Origin: a virus | DNA: 45,329 nt | Virus record (IMG/VR): IMGVR_UViG_3300022542_000430 | Strand: one strand, 5' to 3' | Shown here: positions 32,293-42,215 of the stretch, one piece after another | Layout of the letters: each line of letters starts with the position of its first letter | Numbering within the stretch: position 1 is the stretch's first letter | Notes under the pieces: model-generated | Told to the model about the DNA's origin: nothing | Databases searched by the model: none | The model's input: the letters and a program-made list of their open reading frames with translations, nothing else | Made by a program: the position numbers and the translations under genes

Positions 32293-32940
32293 ATGGCATA
32301 CGTATTATCAGCAACCGTATTAGTAGCAGGAACAGAAGCACAGGCAGCCGCATTATTGGCAGCCTATAAGCATTTGGACTCATTATCTACGCCTGTTACG
32401 GAAGCTACAATAAGAGCAGATTTAGAGACAAGTCAAGTACAGCCATTCACAAATGATGGTTGGACTAATTTTGTACGTCAAATGTCTAATTTACCTTTAG
32501 ATGATAGTTCCCTTACTGCTGCACAAGCAAGTATAGTGAATACATTTAGAGCGGTTGTGTCTCCTGACCCTGCATTGGATTGTTGTGGTTTAATCCATCC
32601 AACAACCTTTACGGCTACGGCACTAAAGAGAACAGGAACAGGAGGAACGTATGAGCATCAGCTAACTATTAAAATAGCAGACAATACAGATTGTGATATA
32701 GTTTACTGTTCTCCATTAATAACCCCAACAGGGGGCGCACCTACTTTAACTTCATTAAATCCCCCAACTTGTACTTTTTTAAAGTGTGAGGGTGGCTTTA
32801 GGTTGTATAGAAATTACTGGCTAACGTTTGGAAGTAATCCAACAGGTGGCGTTTACGATGTAAAACTAGACTTTTACGATGCTGATAGTGTTATAATACT
32901 TCCTGCTGTTACGATATTAGGAAGTTTAACAATGCCTTAG
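32293..32940 (+). CDS. hypothetical Cys-rich protein (215 aa), visibly more GC-rich than its neighbours
   Basis: Ala/Thr/Pro/Cys-rich ORF between the tRNA-like island and the portal gene. Confidence 0.6.
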   Translation: MAYVLSATVLVAGTEAQAAALLAAYKHLDSLSTPVTEATIRADLETSQVQPFTNDGWTNFVRQMSNLPLDDSSLTAAQASIVNTFRAVVSPDPALDCCGLIHPTTFTATALKRTGTGGTYEHQLTIKIADNTDCDIVYCSPLITPTGGAPTLTSLNPPTCTFLKCEGGFRLYRNYWLTFGSNPTGGVYDVKLDFYDADSVIILPAVTILGSLTMP

Positions 32941-33027
32941 AATAAAGAAAAAGTTATTTAGATATGAATATTTAGCCGAAAAAAGCAACTGAAACTAAAT
33001 TAATTTATAATCTAAAAATAAGACGTT

Positions 33028-33666
33028 ATGGGATGCAAATGTCCAATACCAACGGTAATGCCAACAGTAGATCCTACTGTATGTGAGTTTGACATCAAAG
33101 AAGTATGGAGGTTGTGGCCTGTTAGGTCAGGAGAAGTTATTTGGGATTTAGTAGGGCCATTAGGGGCTGCAAATGTTCCTGCTGCAATTATAGGTGATGT
33201 TGTTGAAGATTCGGCAGGATGGACCACATTAAGAGCAGCGGTTGATAGCACTAAAGTTCTTATTCTTCCAAACTTCGCTAGTGACGTAACATTAGCACCA
33301 GGTGCTGAACAGTCAACAATTAGGTTAAGCAACAGAAAAAAACACCAAGGATTAGACCCTTCTGAGTTTGTTGCTTTCTACGAAGGATTAACAGCGGCAC
33401 AAGAGGCAGGAATAAGTGATTTAAAATGTGAGGATGTAGAGGTGTTTATGATAATGTACGATAAAGGCATAATTGGTCAAACTGATAATGTAGCAACGCC
33501 TACGACCTTTAAGGGTATATCCCTAGCAAGTGCGATGGTTTTATTTGGACGTGGGATTACAGGCTTTAACGAAAGTGATAAGAATCAATTAAACTTTCAA
33601 TTACCCGCTGATTGGTCACACACAATGCATAAAATTACGCCTAATTTTAATACTTTAACATTCTAA
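33028..33666 (+). CDS. hypothetical protein (212 aa), possibly structural
   Basis: ORF between terL and the portal gene; no motif recognised. Confidence 0.6.
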   Translation: MGCKCPIPTVMPTVDPTVCEFDIKEVWRLWPVRSGEVIWDLVGPLGAANVPAAIIGDVVEDSAGWTTLRAAVDSTKVLILPNFASDVTLAPGAEQSTIRLSNRKKHQGLDPSEFVAFYEGLTAAQEAGISDLKCEDVEVFMIMYDKGIIGQTDNVATPTTFKGISLASAMVLFGRGITGFNESDKNQLNFQLPADWSHTMHKITPNFNTLTF

Positions 33667-33667
33667 A

Positions 33668-33898
33668 ATGGATAGTATAGTAAGGTTGAAAAACAGAAAA
33701 ACGGGGGAAGATAAAGGCATAACTTTTGAACACGCCCAGAATATACTAAGAATAGACAAATACAATGACTTTGAAATTGCAGATAAAAAGAAATTCCAAT
33801 TCATAAACAATGAACTTATCAAGCGACCAAGCCCTAAAGTTAGCAAAAGAGCCGCCAAACCGAAGGGAGATAATCAAGGGGGAGAAGTATCAGAGTAG
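33668..33898 (+). CDS. hypothetical basic protein
   Basis: 76-aa ORF overlapping the putative portal start by 89 nt. Confidence 0.45.
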   Translation: MDSIVRLKNRKTGEDKGITFEHAQNILRIDKYNDFEIADKKKFQFINNELIKRPSPKVSKRAAKPKGDNQGGEVSE

Positions 33899-35588
33899 GC
33901 TAAGGCTTTGGACTGTGCCGTATGATAGGGAGTCAATTTCTAATCAATCAGCATGGAATGAGTTGTTGAACGGGTTAGAGGGTAAATTAAGTGCAGATAA
34001 GTATTCTGCGATTATGAAATACCCTGTTTATCCGTTACCTATTGTGAATATCAGTAACGATATAGCATTGGACTTGTATAAGGTTTTTGATGCTCGTAAC
34101 TCTGTATTTAGTGTTGATTATCCACACGATAGATTCAAGGAGGTAGGCGATGTTATGCTTACTGATATGAATGTTAGAGGGTGGATTGAAAAGGTTGGTA
34201 AGGAAGTATTAAAGTGCGCACCTAATACCGTTGTTATCCTTGATAAAGACGACAAAGGCGACATTCTTTTATTAAACGTTCCTAATGAAAAAGTCTTAGG
34301 GTACAAGTTTAATAAGAAAGGGGAATTTGATGTTATTGTTTTTGAGCATTCAAGTGGTAAAGATGCAAACGGTAATGCTTGGCAAAAGATAGGAGTTTAT
34401 GATTCTGAGAATTACAGGGTTATATTAAAGGATTCAACAGGCGGTTACTCTATAGATTTAGAGGTAACTCATACCTTAGGTAGTTGTCCTGCAAAGTTCT
34501 TTTATAATAAGCCTTTGATTAACGAGCAGGAGTTTAATAGGTCTATTCCTTTTAGTTCAGTTCGTGGGAATATGGAGCAATGGACAATTTTTGACCTGTT
34601 CCAATATTATCAAAAGCACTTTGCTAGTTTCCAAGTGGTACAGTATGCTGATTCGGGGTGTGATAATGATGGCTGCAATGATGGTACTATTTACATTGAC
34701 CCTGTTATGAATAATGACAATGTAGTTACAAAAGCAGGGTATAATACAGAATGTTCAACTTGTGCAAAAAATGCACTAGTTGCTCCTGGTACTGCACTGG
34801 GAATTGTCGTTGGAACAGATAAAGACGATCAAGACACAAGAGGGGTGTTTTCTTTTATCGCACCAGAAATGGAACCACTTAAATACATAGACGATTCACA
34901 GCGAGCGATTGAAAGCAACATAAAGGAAAACACAGTAGGCTATTCAGATTCAATTACAAGCGATGCAATAAACGAAACGCAAGTAAAGGCCTTAGTCGAA
35001 AGCAGAAAGAAACCTTTACTAGATATTAAGCAGTATCTAGAAGAGTTACATAAATGGATCATAGAAAGTTCTTTTAAACTGGTTTATGATGTTGATGTAA
35101 AGTCGAATGCGAATTATGGTACTGAATGGTTTATACTTAGTGTAGATGATTTACTAAATATAATCAAATCTGCAAAAGAAGCAGGGGCGCAAAGTACTTA
35201 TATTGAGCAATTAAATAGACAGGTAATAGAAACGGAGTACAAAGGTAATCCCAATCTATCTAAGAGAATGCTTATAGCTGCCGATTTAGAGCCTAATGCT
35301 TTTGATTCACAGCAAGAGTCAAGGGATAAGTTCAAAGAAGGTATGATGTCACGTGAGGACTATTATATAAAGTCTAATTTTACGGACTTGTTAGCACAGT
35401 TCGAACGAGACAACGGAAGTATAGTTATGTTTGGTAGTGACTTAGATTATAGCAAAAAGATAGAAAGAATAAAAGAGAATTTAACATTTTATACAAGTAA
35501 AAAACTAGAAGAAGATGGGCAAAAAAGCGACAATAACCCCCAACAAACTGACACAAGCAATACAGGAGTTGAAGGGAATCGTAACTAA
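33810..35588 (+). CDS. putative portal protein (592 aa)
   Basis: Size and position (first large gene after terL, upstream of scaffold and capsid); no motif-level proof. Confidence 0.55.
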   Translation: MNLSSDQALKLAKEPPNRREIIKGEKYQSRLRLWTVPYDRESISNQSAWNELLNGLEGKLSADKYSAIMKYPVYPLPIVNISNDIALDLYKVFDARNSVFSVDYPHDRFKEVGDVMLTDMNVRGWIEKVGKEVLKCAPNTVVILDKDDKGDILLLNVPNEKVLGYKFNKKGEFDVIVFEHSSGKDANGNAWQKIGVYDSENYRVILKDSTGGYSIDLEVTHTLGSCPAKFFYNKPLINEQEFNRSIPFSSVRGNMEQWTIFDLFQYYQKHFASFQVVQYADSGCDNDGCNDGTIYIDPVMNNDNVVTKAGYNTECSTCAKNALVAPGTALGIVVGTDKDDQDTRGVFSFIAPEMEPLKYIDDSQRAIESNIKENTVGYSDSITSDAINETQVKALVESRKKPLLDIKQYLEELHKWIIESSFKLVYDVDVKSNANYGTEWFILSVDDLLNIIKSAKEAGAQSTYIEQLNRQVIETEYKGNPNLSKRMLIAADLEPNAFDSQQESRDKFKEGMMSREDYYIKSNFTDLLAQFERDNGSIVMFGSDLDYSKKIERIKENLTFYTSKKLEEDGQKSDNNPQQTDTSNTGVEGNRN

Positions 35589-35970
35589 TGAAATAGACTT
35601 TCTTATTAACGAAGGAGAGGCTATGGAGTTTGTTTATATAGGTATCAAAACAAAAGATTCTCCAGATGGAATGAGCAAAATACACGGTTCAACTAAACTT
35701 TTTGCTCCTGTAGATATGAATGCTAGGATGGTGAAAGACATTCCTTTATTTAAAGGGTTGTTTAATGGTATGTATAACAAAGTAATTATGTTACATGATC
35801 CATCACTACCTGCAACACCTCTAAAGAAGGAAGAAAAGAAAGCTAAAGGGTTAAGCCCAACGCATAAAGCTAAGGTTAAAGAAATGATAGAGGAAGGGAA
35901 AGGTACAATACAGATAGCAGAAGCTTTAAATGTATCTACAGAAAGAATAGAAGCATATTTAGGATTATAA
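35515..35970 (+). CDS. hypothetical protein with C-terminal HTH-like segment
   Basis: GTIQIAEALNVSTERIEAYL resembles a helix-turn-helix; the true start may be downstream because of a 74-nt overlap with the portal gene. Confidence 0.45.
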   Translation: MGKKATITPNKLTQAIQELKGIVTNEIDFLINEGEAMEFVYIGIKTKDSPDGMSKIHGSTKLFAPVDMNARMVKDIPLFKGLFNGMYNKVIMLHDPSLPATPLKKEEKKAKGLSPTHKAKVKEMIEEGKGTIQIAEALNVSTERIEAYLGL

Positions 35971-35998
35971 ACATTTAACTAAAATAACATAGGGAGTT

Positions 35999-36883
35999 AT
36001 GGGAAACGAAGAAGCAATAGAAGGAGTAAAAGAGGTATCAGTATCGGATCAAATAGATAAGCTTAAAGATACACCAGAGTTCGCAGCAATTTTAAATCAA
36101 CACGGTAAGGCATACCATGAATTAAAAGCGGATGAAACTGCAGCATCATTTATGGGTAAAGCTTATAACAATGTAGACGTTGCATATATGGACGAATTAG
36201 GACTAACAGAGAAGCCAAAAGGGAAAACGGCTGACATAGTTAGGCAAATCGCCAAAGAAAATAAAGCCTTAAAAGCCAAGTTGGAAGCGGCAAAACCTAA
36301 AGAGGACACGCAGAACGCAGAAAAAGAGAAGTTGCACAATTCTCAATTATCAGCAATGCAGTTGCAGATAGAGGAATTACAGAAAGTAAATCAAACCTTA
36401 GAGGTGGCAGGGAAACACCAAAAGGCTAAAAATAGTTTAGCTAGTGGATTAATCGGAGTAGAGTTTAACCCTAATTTAGGAACAAACCTACTAGATGAAA
36501 CTAAAGCAAACAGAATAAATAATGCTGTTCAAAACTCTAAGGAGATTGATGGTAAAATTGTTTTCTATAAGAATGATGGAGATCCTTATACTAATTTAAA
36601 CGGCTTACCTATGAGTGCAGAAGAGGTAGGACATGAATTATTTAAGGATATTCTATTTGTTAAGAAAGCAGGAGGAGGAGCAAACAATGAGGATAAACCA
36701 ACTATTAAGGGTGATATAGTTGTTTTACAAAATCCTCAAAATTTTAATACATTTGTAGAGTTCAATACTGAATTTGCAAAGGCCATGCGAGCAAAAGGGC
36801 TGACTCGTAAGGATGATAAATATTATGAACTTCAAAGGGCAACAATGAACCACTATAAACTAAGCGGTTTACCTTCGGAGTAA
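35999..36883 (+). CDS. putative scaffolding protein
   Basis: 294 aa with a charged coiled-coil centre, immediately upstream of the capsid gene; GGGAG lies 3 nt before the ATG. Confidence 0.55.
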   Translation: MGNEEAIEGVKEVSVSDQIDKLKDTPEFAAILNQHGKAYHELKADETAASFMGKAYNNVDVAYMDELGLTEKPKGKTADIVRQIAKENKALKAKLEAAKPKEDTQNAEKEKLHNSQLSAMQLQIEELQKVNQTLEVAGKHQKAKNSLASGLIGVEFNPNLGTNLLDETKANRINNAVQNSKEIDGKIVFYKNDGDPYTNLNGLPMSAEEVGHELFKDILFVKKAGGGANNEDKPTIKGDIVVLQNPQNFNTFVEFNTEFAKAMRAKGLTRKDDKYYELQRATMNHYKLSGLPSE

Positions 36884-36895
36884 AACACAATTACA

Positions 36896-37963
36896 ATGGC
36901 TACTACAGCAACGAATTTAGACAATATAAAAGTAAGATACCCGTCAATGATTGACAAATATGATAATCGTTTAGGTGATTATGGTTTGTTAAGAAAAGCG
37001 AATGAATATAGTAACAGCTCTATGGGAATTGTTACAAGTGATTTAAAAGCAAAAGCAATGAACTCTTGGGGTCGTACTCTCGACATTCCAACAATGGCAC
37101 CAAATGGAGGTACTTTGACTTCTGGCCTTGTTTGTACTCCTGGGGATACTGTTGCAATTAGTTCTTTTGTAAATGTTACATGGGTGTCAGTTTCAGGCAG
37201 TTGGTTTATGGAACCTTCTTTGAATGACCAAAATGAGATTAATTACTTGCAAATGTGGTTGAATCATTACCACGCTACAATGGACTTAATTTACAATAGT
37301 GTAGATTCTACTATTAATACAGGTTTAGTTGCTGCTTTAGCAATTCAAGCTGAATATAGTTCTTCTTATATTGGTGCAGGTAAATATGGAGCTTTAACGG
37401 CAAACCGTATTGATGCATCTTTGGCGCAACGTCCAATGTTTTTGAATGACTTAACATCTATTCAAAAAGCTGATGATATTTTTGGCCGTCAGGATATTAT
37501 AGGATCTACTAATATGGAGTCTATTATTAGAGACTTAGGAGCGCAAGGTGCAGGGAATGATACAAACGATGCTTATCAATTAGGTTTGTTTGACTTCTCA
37601 TTCACTAATAACGTAGCGGTGGGTGCTGCTTCGGATGCTACAGGGTTTGTAGTTCCTAAAGGTGCTTTTGGTATCGTTTACCGTAATCATCCTGATTGTG
37701 CTGCTGGTCGTTCTACTACTAGTGGAAAACAATACAGTACAGTTTTTGATCCTGTTTTTGGAACTAATTTAGATGTAACATTCCAATCTCTTTGCGCTGA
37801 TAACAATGTAAAAAGTGCGAACGCTTTAGATGTTGCAGTAGTTAGAGAGATTCACCAAGTAAATGTAAATTTTGGTATCATAACACCTTCTAATTCTTTT
37901 GGAGTAGGTGCGTCAGATGCAAAAGGTGGTGTTATTCGTGCTTTTAATTTCCAGACAGCATAA
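36896..37963 (+). CDS. putative major capsid protein
   Basis: 355 aa; follows the scaffold-like gene and is followed by a strong hairpin. Confidence 0.6.
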   Translation: MATTATNLDNIKVRYPSMIDKYDNRLGDYGLLRKANEYSNSSMGIVTSDLKAKAMNSWGRTLDIPTMAPNGGTLTSGLVCTPGDTVAISSFVNVTWVSVSGSWFMEPSLNDQNEINYLQMWLNHYHATMDLIYNSVDSTINTGLVAALAIQAEYSSSYIGAGKYGALTANRIDASLAQRPMFLNDLTSIQKADDIFGRQDIIGSTNMESIIRDLGAQGAGNDTNDAYQLGLFDFSFTNNVAVGAASDATGFVVPKGAFGIVYRNHPDCAAGRSTTSGKQYSTVFDPVFGTNLDVTFQSLCADNNVKSANALDVAVVREIHQVNVNFGIITPSNSFGVGASDAKGGVIRAFNFQTA

Positions 37964-37989
37964 AAGAGGCTTTTTCTGGTTAAATATTC

Positions 37990-38021
37990 GAGGGGTTGCG
38001 CTACGGTTGCGCCCCTCATTT
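37990..38021 (+). terminator. hairpin/terminator after the capsid gene
   Basis: GAGGGG (37990-37995) pairs with CCCCTC (38012-38017), followed by ATTT. Confidence 0.55.
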
Positions 38022-38032
38022 AAAATATAACA

Positions 38033-39217
38033 ATGGCATACGACAATTCACTTATTACAGAGCTTAGGGATGTTGTAGGATGGGATGATTACCAAGATAC
38101 GGGGCAAATTGCTTCACTTGGCGCACCATACAATACAACGGATAGTGGCCAGTACTTCCAACAGTTCAATAGTGCGGTTAGGCTTGATAATATATTAGCT
38201 TGCTTACCTGTTCATTCTACGTTGGCAGATATAGATAAACTAAAGGCTTATCTTACTAAGACTGAAACTACTGCAATAAATGGCGTGTTAAATGACATTG
38301 AAGTAAAGAAGCAAATAGGGAATCAAGGACAGGATTTAATTAGTAGTAAAATTATCTTTAATGTAGGGCATAAAGTATCTACACAAACTAATCAATCATA
38401 CTTTTGTGGTGTTATGTTTGAGGTTAAGGATAGCGTAGGAATTAGGGCAACTATTAACAGAATAGGAATGTACCTAACTGCTGCTGTTACTGATTTAGAT
38501 CTTTATTTATTCCACTCTAGTAAGGAAGCGGTAGTACAGCAATTTGCATTTACAAGTGCTATCACTAATTCTTTTGCGTGGAATGAGATTGAGCGAGTGT
38601 TGGATTTTGATGATGGCGTAAATAGTGGAGGCTGCTTTTATCTTGGGTATTATCAGGATGATTTGGCAACGGCCACAACTGCTGCAATTAGCTACAATGC
38701 TATGAACTTTACAGATGGATATTGTGGTTCGTGTGGTTCTGTTAGTGCTACTGATTCAAACGCTTACAAGGCTATTAGAGATAAGGTAATAATGCAAGGG
38801 TTTTATGTTCCTTCTGCTAGTTTACCAGCAAGTAAAACAGAACGATTTGACAATGATGTTGTAATCAAAACGAATACGAATAATTGGGGGCTTAACTTCC
38901 ATGTATCGGTAGCTTGTAATTTAACATCATTCTGGAAGGCCAACAAACTGACACTAAAAAAAGTGATTGGTTTAAGTGTGGCTATTCAGGTGCTTAGTGA
39001 TATGAAAGCTAGCAATGAAATAAACAACGTATCTGAGCATTTAAAAGTCATGATTATTCGAGACTTAGAAGGGGCAAGCGATACAGGACTAAAGCCTCTT
39101 TGGTTGCTTCGTAAAATGGCTATCAATGCTTTAGTTTTAGATGAAGGCAGTATAGGGAAGGATTGCCTACCATGTGCAAGGAAACCTAAAACTAATTACG
39201 GGGCTATTGGACGTTAA
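38033..39217 (+). CDS. structural protein (394 aa), function unassigned
   Basis: Large ORF between the capsid and tail genes. Confidence 0.55.
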   Translation: MAYDNSLITELRDVVGWDDYQDTGQIASLGAPYNTTDSGQYFQQFNSAVRLDNILACLPVHSTLADIDKLKAYLTKTETTAINGVLNDIEVKKQIGNQGQDLISSKIIFNVGHKVSTQTNQSYFCGVMFEVKDSVGIRATINRIGMYLTAAVTDLDLYLFHSSKEAVVQQFAFTSAITNSFAWNEIERVLDFDDGVNSGGCFYLGYYQDDLATATTAAISYNAMNFTDGYCGSCGSVSATDSNAYKAIRDKVIMQGFYVPSASLPASKTERFDNDVVIKTNTNNWGLNFHVSVACNLTSFWKANKLTLKKVIGLSVAIQVLSDMKASNEINNVSEHLKVMIIRDLEGASDTGLKPLWLLRKMAINALVLDEGSIGKDCLPCARKPKTNYGAIGR

Positions 39218-39232
39218 ACTAAAAGTATAGTT

Positions 39233-39676
39233 ATGGGATTGAACCAATCATTTAAAAGAATGTTGCGAGACTTAGAAAAGTCTATTAATCCATCTATCAA
39301 AAAAGCGGTTAATGATAATAACCAAGTATTAGAAGTTCAACAAACACAAGGGCAATTTGATAAGGGTAAGGATTCTTTAAACATTAGTTTTATTCCTAGC
39401 TATGCAGACAGTACAAGGCGATACAAGAAAGCGAACGGACAGCCAACGAATAGAGTTACTTTGAAAGATTCGGGGGATTTGTACAGAAACCTAGCAGTAA
39501 AAGGAACGGCTACTCAAATTGTTATTGCTCCAAATGTTGAACACTTTGGCTTTTTAGTTGACCACTACAAGAACAATCAGATACTAGGTATTCAACCTAA
39601 AGCAATGGAGGACTTTACGGATAAGTATATTTGTAAAGAGATAGTAGAAAACTTTAATAAGATAATTAGTAAATGA
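39233..39676 (+). CDS. hypothetical head-tail joining region protein
   Basis: 147 aa; position only. Confidence 0.45.
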   Translation: MGLNQSFKRMLRDLEKSINPSIKKAVNDNNQVLEVQQTQGQFDKGKDSLNISFIPSYADSTRRYKKANGQPTNRVTLKDSGDLYRNLAVKGTATQIVIAPNVEHFGFLVDHYKNNQILGIQPKAMEDFTDKYICKEIVENFNKIISK

Positions 39677-41046
39677 GTACACAAAACCCAACTATACCAA
39701 CAGCTACTAATCTAAAGGGAATAGATGCAACCATCTACGATATACAAACAAGCTTAGATTTGTCTTTATCGTGGCTTACTAATGGGATGGGTAGAGCTTA
39801 CAAGCTTACAAAGGTTAAAGGTAAAGATTCAACTGTTTTTCTTCCAGAGGTCTTTCTTGCAGGGAATCACTCTAAATACTTTCCAGCCACTCCCGACAAT
39901 GACAAAAAAGGTCAATCAATTTTTGTATTAGGGAATGAAACTTATCTTAATTATAGAGTTGGAAGGTATGGCCAAAAGGATTATGAACTATCTATAATCT
40001 TTAGTATCAACTTAAAGCTAATAGACCCTACACTCCTACTTACCGAAGATTTTGCAAGACATCAAATAATGGAAGCTGAAGAAGCTTTGACACGTGGACT
40101 ACTTGGTAAAGCTTATAGGCTAGTTATAGATAATTGTGTAACTGAATTTGATGATGTTTATAGTGGGTTTGATGTGTCTAAAGAACAAGGTGCTAGTTTA
40201 GTTCCTATGTCTTATTTTAGGTTTAATTGCACGGTAACACTAGACGAAGACTGTCAAGGTGTTTCTTTAGATAGATGCGGTGCTATACTTCAAAATTTAA
40301 GCCAGTCAGATATATGTAGTTGTATTATTCCTAGTTTAGACTTTAGCGAATCGGGCGAGGATAAAGATTGTTTGAGTCCACAGCAGATTGCAGACATTAC
40401 TAATAGCATGGGGTTTTGTTCTACTAGATACGCAGGTAGCGATGGTTATACAGACTTGTATGATTTAAGCGTAGGGGATAAGTCAATCTCTGCATGGATT
40501 AATATAGGGTTTTTGCAGTCTCAATATTTATGCGCTAGCCTAAGGACAGGGAGTCATGGGCTTACTATTTTCCTAAACTCAGACGGGACTATTGGTATCG
40601 GTTGGACTGCCGCAGCTAATGTGGTTAGAACTAATATTATAGATGCTTTAGTCTCTAATACATGGGTGAATGTAATTTCTACATTTAAAAACACCACAGG
40701 TACTATTTACATAAATGGAGTTTCAAAAAAGACTGGTAGTCTTGGAGGCGTTGAACAAGCGGCATTAAGTCGGTTAAAAATAGGCAGTAGATGGTCAGGA
40801 ACAAATACAGGGAGTATACAGCCCTTTGTTGGAGGTGTTCGCAATTTCGCAATATTCGATAAAGAATTAACTTCTGCGGAGGCTACTGCTGTTTTTGATT
40901 TAGGATTAACTACAGAAGACTACTCTTCCATAAGCAACATAAAAAACCATTACATCTTAAAGACTCTAAACCCCATAGATGAAGAGGGTTTAAATAATGG
41001 GGTTTCTGTAAATCAAAAGGTAGAAGATATTTTGTGTGAGCTATAG
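39673..41046 (+). CDS. structural protein with C-terminal LamG / concanavalin-A-like lectin domain (possibly the tail tube with a decoration domain)
   Basis: C-terminal pattern ISAWINIGF..GLTIFLNSDGTIGIGW..WVNVISTFKNTTGTIYINGV..LKIGSRWSG..FVGGVRNFAIFDKELTSAEA is typical of Laminin_G_3 domains. Confidence 0.6.
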   Translation: MSTQNPTIPTATNLKGIDATIYDIQTSLDLSLSWLTNGMGRAYKLTKVKGKDSTVFLPEVFLAGNHSKYFPATPDNDKKGQSIFVLGNETYLNYRVGRYGQKDYELSIIFSINLKLIDPTLLLTEDFARHQIMEAEEALTRGLLGKAYRLVIDNCVTEFDDVYSGFDVSKEQGASLVPMSYFRFNCTVTLDEDCQGVSLDRCGAILQNLSQSDICSCIIPSLDFSESGEDKDCLSPQQIADITNSMGFCSTRYAGSDGYTDLYDLSVGDKSISAWINIGFLQSQYLCASLRTGSHGLTIFLNSDGTIGIGWTAAANVVRTNIIDALVSNTWVNVISTFKNTTGTIYINGVSKKTGSLGGVEQAALSRLKIGSRWSGTNTGSIQPFVGGVRNFAIFDKELTSAEATAVFDLGLTTEDYSSISNIKNHYILKTLNPIDEEGLNNGVSVNQKVEDILCEL

Positions 41047-41057
41047 CCAATTGAACT

Positions 41058-41378
41058 ATGAAAGAATTAATATTTGAGTTTGGGGTTTTCTATTTTATGG
41101 TTTGGTGGGTAATGTCTATTCTTTACACGGACAGCGTAAGGATTCATGCACGACTTGAAACCTTTAGTGATTGGATAGGTGCAACTACTAAAAATGGTTG
41201 GTTCTTCCGAGAACTAGGAGCTTGTAAGTTTTGCATAGAAAGCCATACAGCTACTTTAATAGCAATAGGGTATTACTCTTATTTGGATTATTATTTACTA
41301 AGTCCTGAGTGGTACATCTTAATTTGGGGCTTCTTCTTCGCTTCAATTAATTCATGGTTAAGAACATTTTTACAATAA
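41058..41378 (+). CDS. small integral membrane protein with a CxxC motif
   Basis: Three hydrophobic helices; ACKFCIESH; an unusual location inside the tail module. Confidence 0.5.
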   Translation: MKELIFEFGVFYFMVWWVMSILYTDSVRIHARLETFSDWIGATTKNGWFFRELGACKFCIESHTATLIAIGYYSYLDYYLLSPEWYILIWGFFFASINSWLRTFLQ

Positions 41379-41380
41379 AA

Positions 41381-41387
41381 CTTGATA
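41381..41387 (+). promoter_or_regulatory. start-proximal box, variant CTTGATA
   Basis: TAAAACTTGATAGATG; 1 nt before ATG 41389; the only copy in the late region. Confidence 0.35.
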
Positions 41388-41388
41388 G

Positions 41389-41877
41389 ATGCACGTAGTC
41401 AAATTTAAGCAACCAAAAGCAAAGCAAAAGAAAAAGTTATTAGATAGGATTAAGCATTTCTTTAAGCATCCTTTAGAGTCTTTTTATACTCATAGCGTGG
41501 TGTTTTATGATAGTGCTGAAACCCTACCATATAGGCGTTATCACAAGTTTAATAAGTTCTTTATGATAGCTAGTGAGGTGGGTTGTTCTGTTGGGGATTA
41601 CGATAAGAGAATGCAAAGGGCAATTAGTTATGTGAATACTAAAGACTTTAAATCAGCAGGAAAAGAACTAACGAATCAACGGCAATGCGTACATCATGCT
41701 TTAGAAGAATACAGCCCTAAAGGGATGGCTTTAGCTGTTACGGTTTACAGTATTAATGGGGCCGTTTGTGATAAGTACCAAGACGATGATTTAAACTTGA
41801 TACTAGATAAGCTTGATGAAATAGGCTTTACTAAGTTAATGGCAGATACTGCGATTGAAACGGTAAAAAAAAAATAG
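41389..41877 (+). CDS. tail assembly chaperone (gpG-like), zero-frame product
   Basis: Penultimate ORF before the tape measure gene; ends ...ETVKKK* on an A10 run. Confidence 0.6.
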   Translation: MHVVKFKQPKAKQKKKLLDRIKHFFKHPLESFYTHSVVFYDSAETLPYRRYHKFNKFFMIASEVGCSVGDYDKRMQRAISYVNTKDFKSAGKELTNQRQCVHHALEEYSPKGMALAVTVYSINGAVCDKYQDDDLNLILDKLDEIGFTKLMADTAIETVKKK

Positions 41878-42203
41878 AATTTGAATTAGAAACCTATCAT
41901 GCGTCACATTTTAGGGGGAATATGAGTTATAACCTAGCAAGAATTAGGAGGAGTGATTCAATTTTTGATAGAATACTAGGCACGGCAGACGAAGCGGATA
42001 CTTTAGAGTTTGAGAATGAAATGATGCGTTTGTCTATTCCTCAAAATTGGAATGTATTTATCAAGGGCAATGCTGAATTGAAAATGAGTAACGGGTTTGA
42101 AGAGTTTATGTTCCTTGTCTCTGAACATACAAATGAGGACTTAGATAAGATTTCTTTATTAAGGTTTTACAACCTGTTAGATTATATTAAAAGTAAGCAA
42201 TAA
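41389..42203 (+). CDS. tail assembly chaperone -1 frameshift fusion product (gpGT-like, ~271 aa)
   Basis: A -1 slip in the A run 41865-41874 enters the frame of ORF 41922..42203, which hand translation shows is open from 41865 (KKKIEFELETYHASHFRGNM...). Confidence 0.5.
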
Positions 42204-42215
42204 ATTTTTTTTACA

